This document shows positions 39,201-44,620 of a DNA stretch of 55,471 nt, piece after piece. The stretch is from a virus (Duplodnaviria; Caudoviricetes): the IMG/VR virus record IMGVR_UViG_3300045970_000148, positions 1 to 55,471 of that record, one strand, 5' to 3'. Under the pieces are notes generated by a model that had not been told where the DNA came from, did not search any database, and saw only the letters and a program-made list of their open reading frames with translations. Position numbers and translations under genes: made by a program. Position 1 is the first letter of the stretch; each line of letters opens with the position of its first letter.

Positions 39201-39889
39201 CCGCCAGCAATCATAGTATCGACATCGGCAATGCCCATCTTGCGGGCAAGACCACCGCCAGCAAGCCCAAAGGCGGCAGTACCAACACCGGACGCTGCAG
39301 CAAGTGCCGCCTGTTTCGGTGTAAGCAAACCTGTTGGTGTCTCTTGCCGGATCTGTTCAGCGGCAGAACCCGCACCAAAAACACCTTCGCCAGCTGCACC
39401 GGCAACAATAGGAGCGAATTCACCAGCTGCGGCCAGTGCCGCTTTTGGCGCTACTTTCATGATCCCACGAGCAACACCGCCAGCTCCTATCATGCCGGGA
39501 GCAGATTCAAGCACGGAATGAGCTATAGTTGATGGCCGTTGTACCGCTGCGGCAATGGTGGGAAAGAAACCTTCGGTATTAGCGACTTCACGATTCAACT
39601 GCTGTTGCTCAGGAGTGTAGAGCGTATCAATGATTGATTTTGCTTCTTTGGGTTTAAAGCCTGCTTTTTCTGCCAACTTTCCGGCATAACCGCCCGTTGC
39701 GATATCAGCAATACCAACTACTGCTTCCGGTACGGCTATGGCACCTTTTAACAGAGATAGTGCAGGATCAGCGACAACCCTGCGAAGGCGGCTTGGTGTG
39801 GGTGTTTCCACTTCACCATCGAGCTTACCGGTGAATGGAATTAAGGAGGGTGCAGCGTCGAGCGTTCCGTTAAACGGTTTCAGTTCCAT
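24266..39889 (-). CDS. Giant DarB-like polyvalent virion protein (~5207 aa): adenine methyltransferase, SNF2-type helicase, HExxH peptidase-like and ADP-ribosyltransferase-like domains
   Basis: FEPGPGTG and NPPF (~33800-34005); HAVGAGKT (~31870); DEAH (~31380); GHELAH (~28420); WHGS...QAYGYGLY (~27930-28015); likely start MELKPF at 39889, just after the upstream stop. Confidence 0.88.
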   Translation of the reverse strand: MELKPFNGTLDAAPSLIPFTGKLDGEVETPTPSRLRRVVADPALSLLKGAIAVPEAVVGIADIATGGYAGKLAEKAGFKPKEAKSIIDTLYTPEQQQLNREVANTEGFFPTIAAAVQRPSTIAHSVLESAPGMIGAGGVARGIMKVAPKAALAAAGEFAPIVAGAAGEGVFGAGSAAEQIRQETPTGLLTPKQAALAAASGVGTAAFGLAGGGLARKMGIADVDTMIAGGKLAGQSKVGMVKGITGGMLSEGIFEELPQSAQEQVMQNLALGKPWDERVAESAALGGLAGAAMGGGGQVLSHAGDYLEQRGQQPQIPTEEANAVNQQNQPATEIVTGANVRTGNILQDSSGVGADSIPESWPVDSGRDLGIAATPPAGAMTRAVNSILPDLPPISADMYSSFAAQPFANAPEIQPEAASLPSAPSELEKAMAWKNQQSDGHLMQLHGERAASYASRIVSEFRKSQEKVNGITSILPEVPNQGPSEMDGQRVAVPPVQSQVAGVGSDNIQPGGVSNDLSSVQQKNNGPQEEVSSVRSQAVTDRVTALKQEKEQLLTKNSGKGITGGLVYPAEVTQRLSEINAEIQAAESGKAVNTTPKMEEQVAEQTRYTVPDPKRPQAVPFFDFKIGKAADGEYYANAGYNTAYSGHGGPHPPLTPSGHNKGYGTEREALLAAASEVRSNIEKATNPQGEKYDTSKYIKELDKFLGGLPPENKTGKTPPPVKPANTRRQLDTSKDSIAVAIAKLGGISRTEIDKQTGTGKDLAHTLNSLATKEAKAGILHVISSKGIPLDRMREALVEQGYLDESADINTLLDKLDSAQRGTVHRSTHSTEAGTDAYREAEIRYSEMINAMTDEEYDEFSRNQWLDEQVQELADAGDILDEYLDGLDNETLTAADWQEVENDLKEVLDATEFSQGNSTEDQGQVQEDATSEAESVSPVSKGDVASEGTAGAVKTVERLPLPGKKEHPRGKAGQKAYEAMLNKYDLWDAPSWDRNDFDKMFYANYHAGWQDHGQPMLDQTQHTETANEAYAAGLVDGAKAEKPKKTNAPRKARIKAEELPTATKTIEDEINSLSLEEMAAMFDDVTAAEKPARSLSKAKKHEAYLKQVIAKAKPENKPRIQKALQKHKAKQEERKSTPPPIDSHPTKPERDDQTAPYFKEGDRVQDSDGKHGEVSRAETFISRMITYGSASSEASQRHSHSYDVVWDNGVKGYASFDHMNHETDPAPAVVPAPVYNKVAVEPDALLRNVAYSRKQAQSSRNAAERAKKKENIASHEKSATAFDKTADEQQAAFDTWAEKYPDEADKYRQKVEAAKPKVEPVAGMKVSFNSAQNGIELRFEGKPSDAVISKIKAEGFRWAMRKRVWYVTDTPARRKFVEGLQGEAVAPEKVELADNEVQVDNNPYIYTKVDGDWYHRSVGGTAPGNKFSPPFDFLDKLNTALAGKSVVDVVAESIPVKSVDNSPYEKEKRGKAIDAAWSMATKFINNGQGTDEYYNVFKKDLEVYVWDYYALSPEDLESAIKEIGGYAGLFDLWSKQTARSAKPAINSTIDYEAWWDNELTLVGRRVITQDMSGQTDLLAKTKWRHLTDTRKKYLVDTIYGTGNDPIVSGAYGQDAVTGTPATDTRGASDILKAAADSGVKGAGEALKGLYDIFGGGSLKNFPGAVDEHTYAKAKPHFVAAYNNFKESGKQLTEFFQFIAKQFGNAIKPYLMRFMDDVKNNNYAIIEENEEVSDVNSERQKTGTDDSIVDEGTGTSDAQRSDKSGDVADVPGRVRSGDGGVVSVSVSSSINENQQDPRFDAASAGDGTSATRDLGSDPSGLSGILRSDATGDLRIPNGGLERTGSWKDSASRNLDIVELIKTLREENRMATPDEQLLLMKYVGWGSGEIRNKIFPGYAEQGRIIPQWAEAAWKPLVDRLDTALTPEELKTAARSSQYAHYTSEAITRSMWKAFERMGFAGGKVFEPGPGTGNFMGTMPDGIYANSKYTGIEMDGITAAIAQQLYPNQNIIHGDYTKQKFPGNFFDVAIGNPPFSSTTILTDPDYKKNKFSLHDFFFAKTIDKVRPGGLLAFVTSRYTMDKLDDKARAYLSERADLLGAIRLPQTAFKQHSGTEVVTDVIFLRKRAEGEAPALSGVEGGGHAWGKTADIQIGDQTKQINEYFAAHPEMVLGTHVTERGQFSQNDYSVKPLEGDIEQLFAAAVQNLPANVYSAMRQDPKTIKQVVVERDFSPKNKKEGGVYLSDKSGIMRVENGSGVSLSSMVKLSAKEQVWLTDYIPLRDLMKQARFDQFNDAGWEKSLKELNKAYDAFVKKHGNIKDFTLKVKTELDEDGNEQKVESRNYKWEKTANIDVEGSLVLALEQINDDGDISKASFLTGRTVMKPVRSTNPQSMGDALALSLDEIGMLDLDHIAGLMKMSRTEAIEALGDMIYETPSGEHLLADEYLSGDVVTKLAEAEQAARSDEKFRANVKALTEVQPKPLTPGQITAGLGMAWMPTDIVGEFAQEVLNLNIKVERHAATNTWKVTMGNAPAKGYGRRASSKKQGVQSLRSSTAEWGTADRGANEILDAVLNQRPLRITVRDLDGKVSADPAATARVNEIADNMRTEFRSWIWTDAERAGEMLDLYNKKYNNLAPRRFDGSHLTLPGIATKYKLHPHQKRAIWRMIQTGNTYLAHAVGAGKTLEMIAAGMEMKRLGLINKPLYVVPNDQLSQWSAEFMDAYPLASIMVADELNFDLKNRKRFMAQAAMNAPDAIIITQSALGKLRMKPESVAPVKEKMLNAMREALTEAQDDDAPRHLISKMEKMIENAEQRFDSIVEDGKGDNIITYEELGVDFLFVDEAHKFRKLDFTTVQQVKGIDPVGSRTALDLFLKTNWMEHQKPGRSHVFASGTPVTNTMGELYNVMRFFMEEEMERDDIGHFDAWAAMFGQTAMDYELNAAGKYEPVSRFAKFNNLPELMKRVRTFMDVLTSSHLGAYVVRPDIKGGKPNMIIATPSDELKAYQTNVLQPRMQRARDWKPTPDQPGNPDPIINIITDGRLSSIDMRLVGSTKNDPDSKLNRVIDEIIRVYKDTKDNKYNGVDGKPSAIKGGTQVVFYNHGFGANVAKSRGFDARAWINQRLKAAGIPAGEVAWFDEYDTSAKQLSVMKDMREGRKKIIIGHANSLGVGKNLQTRLYALHYIDPPWYPSAVEQAHGRIIRQGNQNTEIEANWYSTKGSYDSTMWQMVGRKGRFIEQAFMGDDNLRTMEDVSEVSQYEMARALSSGDERVIKLVGLQADIERYSRLKEAHFQQQSQMRGDKNTAEWNISYEQKSIAKLKEAVKAVGGYVSGSSFKGVVEKRTIDKAGEFGEAVVAAYNQAVLDLQNQFPDNSYKGVWTDSQQYGSINGMPLVASVAMSAVTTQYSNIIQITDNVPSEIDTNMMMYPQGTDGAGLARRIFNRLNDVSDSLRRTESNLAEDETKLKQLIKRIGAPFEHEAAFNEKIAELSQLQAELTADEVKPGEGPANFALGDMHTDYPYAGRESIEPIKKVDHKTLIPQYIAQVSGLMKDSDHTVKSISGKHGYTEMQVFDKAGKHVLTAKRTFYNDWVSLGEILGKIKLTNGEYSSDGAASKFYDAEAKFLNDHAYTVKSLLVHDASVHLFNKNYMPKNRKIKFGDYVTLYLPESRNVIIYSNSDKAVMDSLHTEAATRIKESDNEIPEYTDEQSEAIVNANNNAVTVKYDSGAARSNASGNQALYAWGDSGLREKDRNKSSLNVPEVQTFVDSLPIAKRVKVWQSPDDLKAADSTAYNQIELAQVNPAHVQAMEYGGTIHVITDNIPNMDRVKALVIGHELAHAGQTKKVVDLAVDWFKRTVNGKTEAAKEAHLMLERIAYRYGYDLTDEKQYRRAVQEATAAIAEQAVNADWKPSGLMQRLFMYIKHWLRQQGLISHVSDSELSLAVAEMLRIGEKRLSVGLGGDEAMFAAAWHGSPHDHNGFSTAHIGTGEGAQAYGYGLYFAGSRDVAEWYKETLARRNKNWQKIAKDSADRAEADYARFKKEFPELAQEFEWNIHEHAPRSIDDRETAIEFSNLVYANSVGKDYRYAEEGFQNKIKDTGFERSPEPAEEEAKGKLYQVELDPKEDEYLLWDMPLNEQSETVKESIQRAFDDIVNNETDYHKASRLSRDYADYAQSNNVNGQQAYNLISKSIAADDSEQNRQRAASEYLHSLGVRGIKYLDGSSRGKGEGNYNYVIFNDADVEITAKFSLQDQAISQHAAKINAPAKVTDMVKSLIELAGQSIPERLKANIGKILSNPWFGSEGKPIRRHVVNLNLERSQNRNGIISDLFQASEGYTGVEGLDNILKKASKEELKQFNDLIKHGDENGVATYFTRDELYRGKTKFGKVGKTVVEAYRAFHEVMNAANRVRFQQLDELSMLPYKDQEWFADLVELLNKNMERAAHLDAKEASEVHRLIRSLKRNLTDDELASGENPAKIKASPAVIAAYRDFWKQVDQTEKKHQGNMLSAFRDILGYRGELDKLKSEWGNLRGYAPRNRKDGDWHVSVYTTNEEGERVKVYMKPTLTETGAKGLVREVQADLKKHLKGNFEAGTKYEVEYERNNATPSELLAWKGSEVAVEALLNQAFDRAGVTGKMSVEQWQSLKHEVFQEIAKEIMAQGFGRHGISRETTLIEGYDDADYQTVLKEYISGMSGWLSKMRFAIETTSAAKDISKANPSDKVWVNDYVQDAMKNSTYLDELAATARSVGAVYYLGFKVSSALLNAFQNYTVGQAELSLIMKKAGHKGSAIAALATAQKDVLKDSVDRKRGGVGTLTKEEYDVLFRAVREGTAQAQAIRQISGTQEMGFGTKWKWFVEKSMTPFQLVEQKLNREPAILAAYRIFKKSAAGTIDEAAYKKAEEFVNNTHYVMGKENLPEMVRKLGPLGKTAYLFQGYVHNYMHWMFNRAKDGEFATIARSLGAIAALGGVFALPGADDMDNWIMKWFGVSYKMKFKKFVKDAAGNSTPGQIIQNFVNHGVTSVVGVDMSRALAVNIPFISDPEKTFGERIGGAWGGLLKKPGMALNALQKGDGLRAIENIVPEFLANPMRAARQYNQGATTLGGKPVFDETGRQVKYSGTDVAKKMLGFNPLEISDRTNLKSDERDLNAYWKSERDDALAGIRRAKNSEDMKAAVRGVVKYNTELRKSQAFGLVPIIKAESIQKSRTFKPQKKTMAWERNQIE
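34375..34695 (-). CDS. Nested +1-frame gene, 106 aa, TnpV-like helical protein
   Basis: GAGGAGGtgtctg-ATG; KEQAPQMHKDLTKAGTLQTFLEE resembles TnpV by eye; host frame is a D/S/G-rich linker. Confidence 0.65.
   Translation of the reverse strand: MLIPSGKKLEQMIALSMKEQAPQMHKDLTKAGTLQTFLEEYAVEMEESYRSVFHQALTKISKIHDSMQQVQETEQAQREIWEVTRADYLEFSDPMPPEIYESQMAA
37024..37167 (-). CDS. Nested +1-frame gene, 47-aa basic protein
   Basis: AAGGAGGttctgg-ATG; MQQNSVKETAQKIKDKCKKMPPAKRKAFLQSVKVMLQAKVRQAQLKQ. Confidence 0.55.
   Translation of the reverse strand: MQQNSVKETAQKIKDKCKKMPPAKRKAFLQSVKVMLQAKVRQAQLKQ
38272..38346 (-). CDS. Nested +1-frame gene, 24-aa zinc ribbon
   Basis: GGAGGTGtaagca-ATG; MICPACSKKTMGRKKKCPACGARL. 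Confidence 0.6.
   Translation of the reverse strand: MICPACSKKTMGRKKKCPACGARL
38350..38484 (-). CDS. Nested +1-frame gene, 44-aa zinc ribbon
   Basis: AGGAGaaggtca-ATG; MALQVYCPKCQTKGRVKWTGSEWQCPLCKAKW... Confidence 0.6.
   Translation of the reverse strand: MALQVYCPKCQTKGRVKWTGSEWQCPLCKAKWQESEVIISNPEV
38776..38925 (-). CDS. Nested +1-frame gene, 49 aa
   Basis: GGAGGaagcca-ATG; MPSISKTNPLPKLSQEQMYALVTYCKIHQVLAPILYPKAGPWIRDVILV. Confidence 0.45.
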   Translation of the reverse strand: MPSISKTNPLPKLSQEQMYALVTYCKIHQVLAPILYPKAGPWIRDVILV

Positions 39890-39890
39890 A

Positions 39891-41198
39891 TCATTTCCCC
39901 GTAAATCTATTACCGCTGGCATCCTGATAAACATCCTTACCGCCTGACGTACCAACATAGGTCATGCCAGAAGGCGCTTTATATGAAACGAATTTACCGG
40001 CTACAGCGGGTTTCTCGGGAGTGCCGAAACCAAGTATCCCGGTCGATGCTTGTGCTGGTGTCCCCGGCATAAACTGTTTCCCTGTGAGAATGTCCTGAGT
40101 GTCTTGCGCAATGCGCCCCGCATGATCCTTGGCTTCCGCCTCTGGCTTGCCCGCCGTAATAGCCGCGTCATAGGCTTTCGTGTACGCCTCTGATGTAATT
40201 TTTTTCTGGTTCTGTATGATTTCGTCCATCTTGGCGGCATGATTTGCTGCGGCCTGCTCTTCTTTGCTCTGAATACCAGCGGTGGTTTTTGTGTAGTTCT
40301 TTTCGTGTGCTTTATTCAGATCTATTTGAGACTTTTGCAGATCTACTTTCATGGCATTTAACGGCGTTGTTATATCTTCTGATAATGTCTTGCCCAATGT
40401 TGACGCGAGTATGTTCTGATTGGCAGTTTCGGCACTGGCATCAATCTGATATTTATGTATCGGGAGGTTTAGCGCCGTTGGTATCGCAGAGCCCGCCACA
40501 TTAATAATAGAATTTGTGCGTGCGTTTTGTTGATTTGCTTCGCGGCGAGACTGAGCCTCATCCATCATTTGATCCCTGCTATCACCGAAAAACTTACTGG
40601 GTGTGCGGTTTGCTTTAGCAACGGGCATAGCGGAAAGCTGTTTTATATAATCGTTTAAACCTAACCCTTCTTGTAATTGTGGCCGCTGCGGGTTTTGCAG
40701 CTTATCCATGCTTGCGCGGTTAAACTCCTGGATTCGGAGAGGATCGTTATAAACAGCGGCGTTGTCGCTTGATCCACCGCTATTTTTGGCAATGCCTTTT
40801 TGAAGGTCGGGCATATCGATTTTAGGAAGTGCCGTATTTAGCGGAGTAGTATTACTGATATCTGAAATAGGCTTTAGCTCATTTGCTTCGGCGGGCAATT
40901 CGGGTGCCATAGGTACGACGGCATTCTTTTTTTGAGGAACACTGATAGTTGGTTTACCGGCCTTGCCATTGGCATAGTCAGACAATTCACCAGCTACCTG
41001 TTGAGTCCTACCGTTGACCATCGCCATTGGATCACCAGTATCGCTGAACATGGCACGGCCAGTCTCAAGAATCTTCCCGCCCAAAGAAGCAGCTGCCGGA
41101 ACAAGCCCCAGAGACACAACGCTTGATATCGGTGCCTGTTTCGCTACACCTGAAAAGGTCGTTTCATACTTCGGTTTATAAGCACCAAGGAGCGCCAT
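39891..41198 (-). CDS. Probable internal virion (ejection) protein
   Basis: Q/A/K-rich helical protein before the giant gene; GGAGG SD. Confidence 0.55.
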   Translation of the reverse strand: MALLGAYKPKYETTFSGVAKQAPISSVVSLGLVPAAASLGGKILETGRAMFSDTGDPMAMVNGRTQQVAGELSDYANGKAGKPTISVPQKKNAVVPMAPELPAEANELKPISDISNTTPLNTALPKIDMPDLQKGIAKNSGGSSDNAAVYNDPLRIQEFNRASMDKLQNPQRPQLQEGLGLNDYIKQLSAMPVAKANRTPSKFFGDSRDQMMDEAQSRREANQQNARTNSIINVAGSAIPTALNLPIHKYQIDASAETANQNILASTLGKTLSEDITTPLNAMKVDLQKSQIDLNKAHEKNYTKTTAGIQSKEEQAAANHAAKMDEIIQNQKKITSEAYTKAYDAAITAGKPEAEAKDHAGRIAQDTQDILTGKQFMPGTPAQASTGILGFGTPEKPAVAGKFVSYKAPSGMTYVGTSGGKDVYQDASGNRFTGK

Positions 41199-41214
41199 CT
41201 TACACCTCCATTGT

Positions 41215-41238
41215 ATCCGCCATAACTACGGCGGAAAC
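41215..41238. promoter_or_regulatory. Palindromic motif, copy 4 (upstream of ejection genes)
   Basis: atccgccataactacggcggaaac with AT-rich upstream DNA. Confidence 0.65.
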
Positions 41239-41278
41239 TATACGTAAAAAAATATAAAGTATCGACAATTATTGTGCG

Positions 41279-42643
41279 TTACGCTATCTGCTGGATAGCA
41301 ATCGCAGTCTGAGAAGCTGCATTCGCTAACGAAGCTGCTGCCTGTGCCGCTGCGGATGCTGCATTTACCTGCTTGACTGCATTATCAGATATGACTTTGA
41401 CCTGGTTGTTGGCAAGCGAGACGTGTTCCTGAACTGCTGCCGAATATTCAATAAGCGCGTTTTTATCTTCTTCGCTTAATTGAGAAACAATTGTCTTAGC
41501 TTTTTCAATAAGGAGTGAATAGTATTTATATTTAATGTCCGCGTTGGTATTGGAGCTGCTTATGATGGCGCTGGATGATGCCGTGAAGGTGTTAATGTTT
41601 GCATTGCTTTGTGCGTCAAAGGTTTTTATGTTTGCATCTACCTGAGCAGTATATTTTTTAATTTCAGTATCCGTTATGGCCACATATTTTCTAAGGATAC
41701 TGTCAATGGTAAGCTGGTTTAATTTTATATTCGCATCAAGCCGTTGCAGGGCATATTCTAACCGTAATTTAGCTTGCTGGAATATGCTGTCTAGTTGCGC
41801 AGAAAAAGACTTTATCAATACATCGGCATAGCGGGCGTTCCATTCAGTGTCAGAATTATGCGCCGAGATGCTTTTATCAATAGTAAACTGGTAATTAGTT
41901 TTGGCCCAGTCGTATATATGCTTAACAAGCTCTCTGCTTACCTGCGACAAGTCAAATTGGTATTGTTGCGTAGCTGCCAGCTTGAGCGCAGTAGTCATTG
42001 AGTTTGGATAGGTAAAGCCTCTGGCTCCGACTGATGCTGCGGCGGCACTGTGAGCATCACGTAATGCCTGCTGTTTCCGCTCCCGATCCTGGGCATAAAA
42101 TGCTACCTGCATTTTAGTAGAGTCGTTGGTCAGGCTCGTAATCACATTGTCTACATCAGTGGCCCCGAGTAGCCCTGTCATGTACCCATCCATTGTTGAT
42201 TTCAGGTTGGTCCAGTACGTTTCTGACCACTTAGGTGTATTGAATGTAGACAGGTCTGGGGCAGTGGGCAGGGCTCCGAGATCAAAGCTTACAGCATTGA
42301 GGGCTGTAGCAGCAGTTGATGTCATTGTTAACACCTGTGCCGCCGCAAGGAGAGCAGGATCAAGTTGCCCGTTTGCGGCAATGTCAGTTGTTGTGAGCGC
42401 TCCTGCGGGCGTGACTGTTCCGGCAGCCGCCAACGTCCCAGGTGTTGCGGCGGATGATTCAGCTATAGCCCCAATTGCGGTGATAGGGGCCGAGTAATCA
42501 TATCCGGTCGGCAGAGCGGTTGAGTGGATAGACATGGATATTGTGGTATTGGCAATCGAGTTAAGGCTACTTATAGCAGCGTTTACAGATGACACTGCGG
42601 CGGTATATTCGCTTACTACATCTCCTACTGTTCCTGATGGCAT
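41279..42643 (-). CDS. Virion structural protein (Ala-rich, coiled)
   Basis: Long ORF with GGAGG SD in the structural operon. Confidence 0.6.
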   Translation of the reverse strand: MPSGTVGDVVSEYTAAVSSVNAAISSLNSIANTTISMSIHSTALPTGYDYSAPITAIGAIAESSAATPGTLAAAGTVTPAGALTTTDIAANGQLDPALLAAAQVLTMTSTAATALNAVSFDLGALPTAPDLSTFNTPKWSETYWTNLKSTMDGYMTGLLGATDVDNVITSLTNDSTKMQVAFYAQDRERKQQALRDAHSAAAASVGARGFTYPNSMTTALKLAATQQYQFDLSQVSRELVKHIYDWAKTNYQFTIDKSISAHNSDTEWNARYADVLIKSFSAQLDSIFQQAKLRLEYALQRLDANIKLNQLTIDSILRKYVAITDTEIKKYTAQVDANIKTFDAQSNANINTFTASSSAIISSSNTNADIKYKYYSLLIEKAKTIVSQLSEEDKNALIEYSAAVQEHVSLANNQVKVISDNAVKQVNAASAAAQAAASLANAASQTAIAIQQIA

Positions 42644-42661
42644 GGTGTGCCTCCGTGGTGC

Positions 42662-44620
42662 TTAGTTTGGTCTAGTGAATGTTATGGTGTGGGCTTCCCG
42701 AACGTGATTTCCACCTGAAGTACCCCAATAATCGTAAGTCATAGTAATGGAGTATGCGTCAACAGCAACGTTGGATGCGTTGTACTGGACATACGACAAC
42801 ACTGACGTAAGTGGTTGCGTATAAGCGTAGTTTGTTTGTATCCTAAACCCCCCGCTAGGCTGAGTCCAGTTAGTCATGCTGGAATCAAACGAGCTGGTTA
42901 CAGTACGATTAGAGTTTACACTCATGGTCATCCCGACGTATGCACTTGCTATATTCGGGACAGTTAAATATAGCGCATGGGTTGTCCCGTCGAACCAATA
43001 TTCAGTTCGTGTGTGTGCCGAAACGGTCCATACTGCTGCCAGAGTGGTATAACCTGCGATAGCAACAGTAAAGTTGATAGAAGTCGCATTATAAAGTGCC
43101 ACATTTGCACCCTGCGGTGTCCACGACATCGCTACGTTGAACGATGTATCCGAAGGTATGGCGCTATTCAGTTTTGTGGAGTTGTCTGCTGTTGATATAG
43201 TTATCCCTGACGCATGGTTTGTCACGGTGTAGGTATAACCACTTCCGGCAGACGGGGTTATGATCCATGGTGCAACCTCGCCTCTCCAACTATTAGATAA
43301 CTGCATAAGAACCATAAGCTGATAATAAGTGACTGCACCTCTCGCATAAGAAAATGATGTCCCGTAGTTTATTGTTGGTGTATTCTTGGCTATGGTAAAT
43401 GGGTGTGAGTCACCAGAGACGGCTAGGTATCGCAAAAGGTCGGATGGGGTGAATCCATATACTATATTGAATGTATCTGGGGTTATATAAGCAGAAGAGT
43501 TCGAGAACGATGCTGTGTTACTTGCGTTCGCCCCTGAAAGTGACGTTGTGGGAGTGCCCACTACCACGACCGGATCAAGCCGGTTATCGGTGCGCTTAAA
43601 TACAGGGGATTCGAATACTGCCCAAGTCAAATATCCATAGCTGTAGCTGGTAATAGCCCACACCACAACCGGCAGAGCTTTTTCAATAGTAAAGGTACGC
43701 TTCTTTACTGCGACCTGATACGTCACTAGATCCGTGGGCACAAACCGATAATAATATGTCACCGTTCCCATGTCTGGCTGTGCGTACCCAACTATCTGCG
43801 TGGTAAATAATTCATCACTGTAATATCCATGGGTCCCTGCCGGTAAGACAGTGCCATCTACGGATATAAAAGTTGCTTCTGCGGTGAATTGTGTGGCGAG
43901 ATCTGCTGGATGGAGCGCCTTATCCCAAAAGTATTCTCCGTAAGGACGGGTCAGGTCGGGGCTCCATACAATAAACGTCTCAGACTCAGGTGGACCGTAC
44001 TGCTCATATATTGCAGACAATCCAGTTTTAGTTGTGCCATCTTCTGCAAGCGTGATCTCTGGCCGAAAAGGGGCGAATAAGCTGATTGGAGGTTCCGAGC
44101 TATCAGTAATGAGCAGACCTATCTCGTCCAGCCGGTCAACCCCATTCAGGTCGTTCGCCCACCATGGATCTTCTACAAACTGATGTTCAATTATATATTC
44201 CCTGGCCATTCCTGCTGTAACGATATCGCCTGTCCCGTCGGATAGTCCGGTTAATATGTTGACCGACATACCCGTAACCACATTAGAGGGCACCCCGGAT
44301 ATTAAATCCATGTGGGCAAGTTGAATCTGAAAAGGCGGGTTTCCCCCTTTCCAAGAAATGAAGGGATACGATACCCAGTCAGGCATCAACTCATTATATG
44401 CGGCAGTAATCCTGAACGGATTGCCCTGTAGTATTGTGACAGAATCACTGATTGGGGTGTTTCCCATTTTTACTATGTAAACGAAAATATCTGAGGCGGG
44501 GTCCAGCGTTAAAGACTTTACTGATTTGGAAGGTCGAGCCCCTCCGGGTTTATAGGCCGCTTTTGCTCCGGCTACCATTGTGGCGTTTAAGTCAGATCCG
44601 GTAGCGTTGACGATCTTCAT
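42662..44620 (-). CDS. Tail-associated beta-rich protein with Ig/MBG-like repeats
   Basis: T/S/Y-rich; repeated FTIEKALPVV / FTIAKNTPTI; TGATG coupling to the upstream gene. Confidence 0.55.
   Translation of the reverse strand: MKIVNATGSDLNATMVAGAKAAYKPGGARPSKSVKSLTLDPASDIFVYIVKMGNTPISDSVTILQGNPFRITAAYNELMPDWVSYPFISWKGGNPPFQIQLAHMDLISGVPSNVVTGMSVNILTGLSDGTGDIVTAGMAREYIIEHQFVEDPWWANDLNGVDRLDEIGLLITDSSEPPISLFAPFRPEITLAEDGTTKTGLSAIYEQYGPPESETFIVWSPDLTRPYGEYFWDKALHPADLATQFTAEATFISVDGTVLPAGTHGYYSDELFTTQIVGYAQPDMGTVTYYYRFVPTDLVTYQVAVKKRTFTIEKALPVVVWAITSYSYGYLTWAVFESPVFKRTDNRLDPVVVVGTPTTSLSGANASNTASFSNSSAYITPDTFNIVYGFTPSDLLRYLAVSGDSHPFTIAKNTPTINYGTSFSYARGAVTYYQLMVLMQLSNSWRGEVAPWIITPSAGSGYTYTVTNHASGITISTADNSTKLNSAIPSDTSFNVAMSWTPQGANVALYNATSINFTVAIAGYTTLAAVWTVSAHTRTEYWFDGTTHALYLTVPNIASAYVGMTMSVNSNRTVTSSFDSSMTNWTQPSGGFRIQTNYAYTQPLTSVLSYVQYNASNVAVDAYSITMTYDYWGTSGGNHVREAHTITFTRPN

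Noticed and set aside
38989-39423. Further +1 ORFs in the giant gene (also 26338, 27142, 27853, 30229, 31288, 33499, 35581)
   Set aside because: No convincing SD-ATG seen and shadow-like composition over conserved host-frame sequence.
24266-39889. Tape measure protein
   Set aside because: Enzymatic motifs, no recognisable tail tube or sheath genes, and podovirus gene order.
39890-39958. ORF-track start of the 5230-aa protein
   Set aside because: Overlaps the upstream gene; ATG 39889 just after its stop is more plausible.
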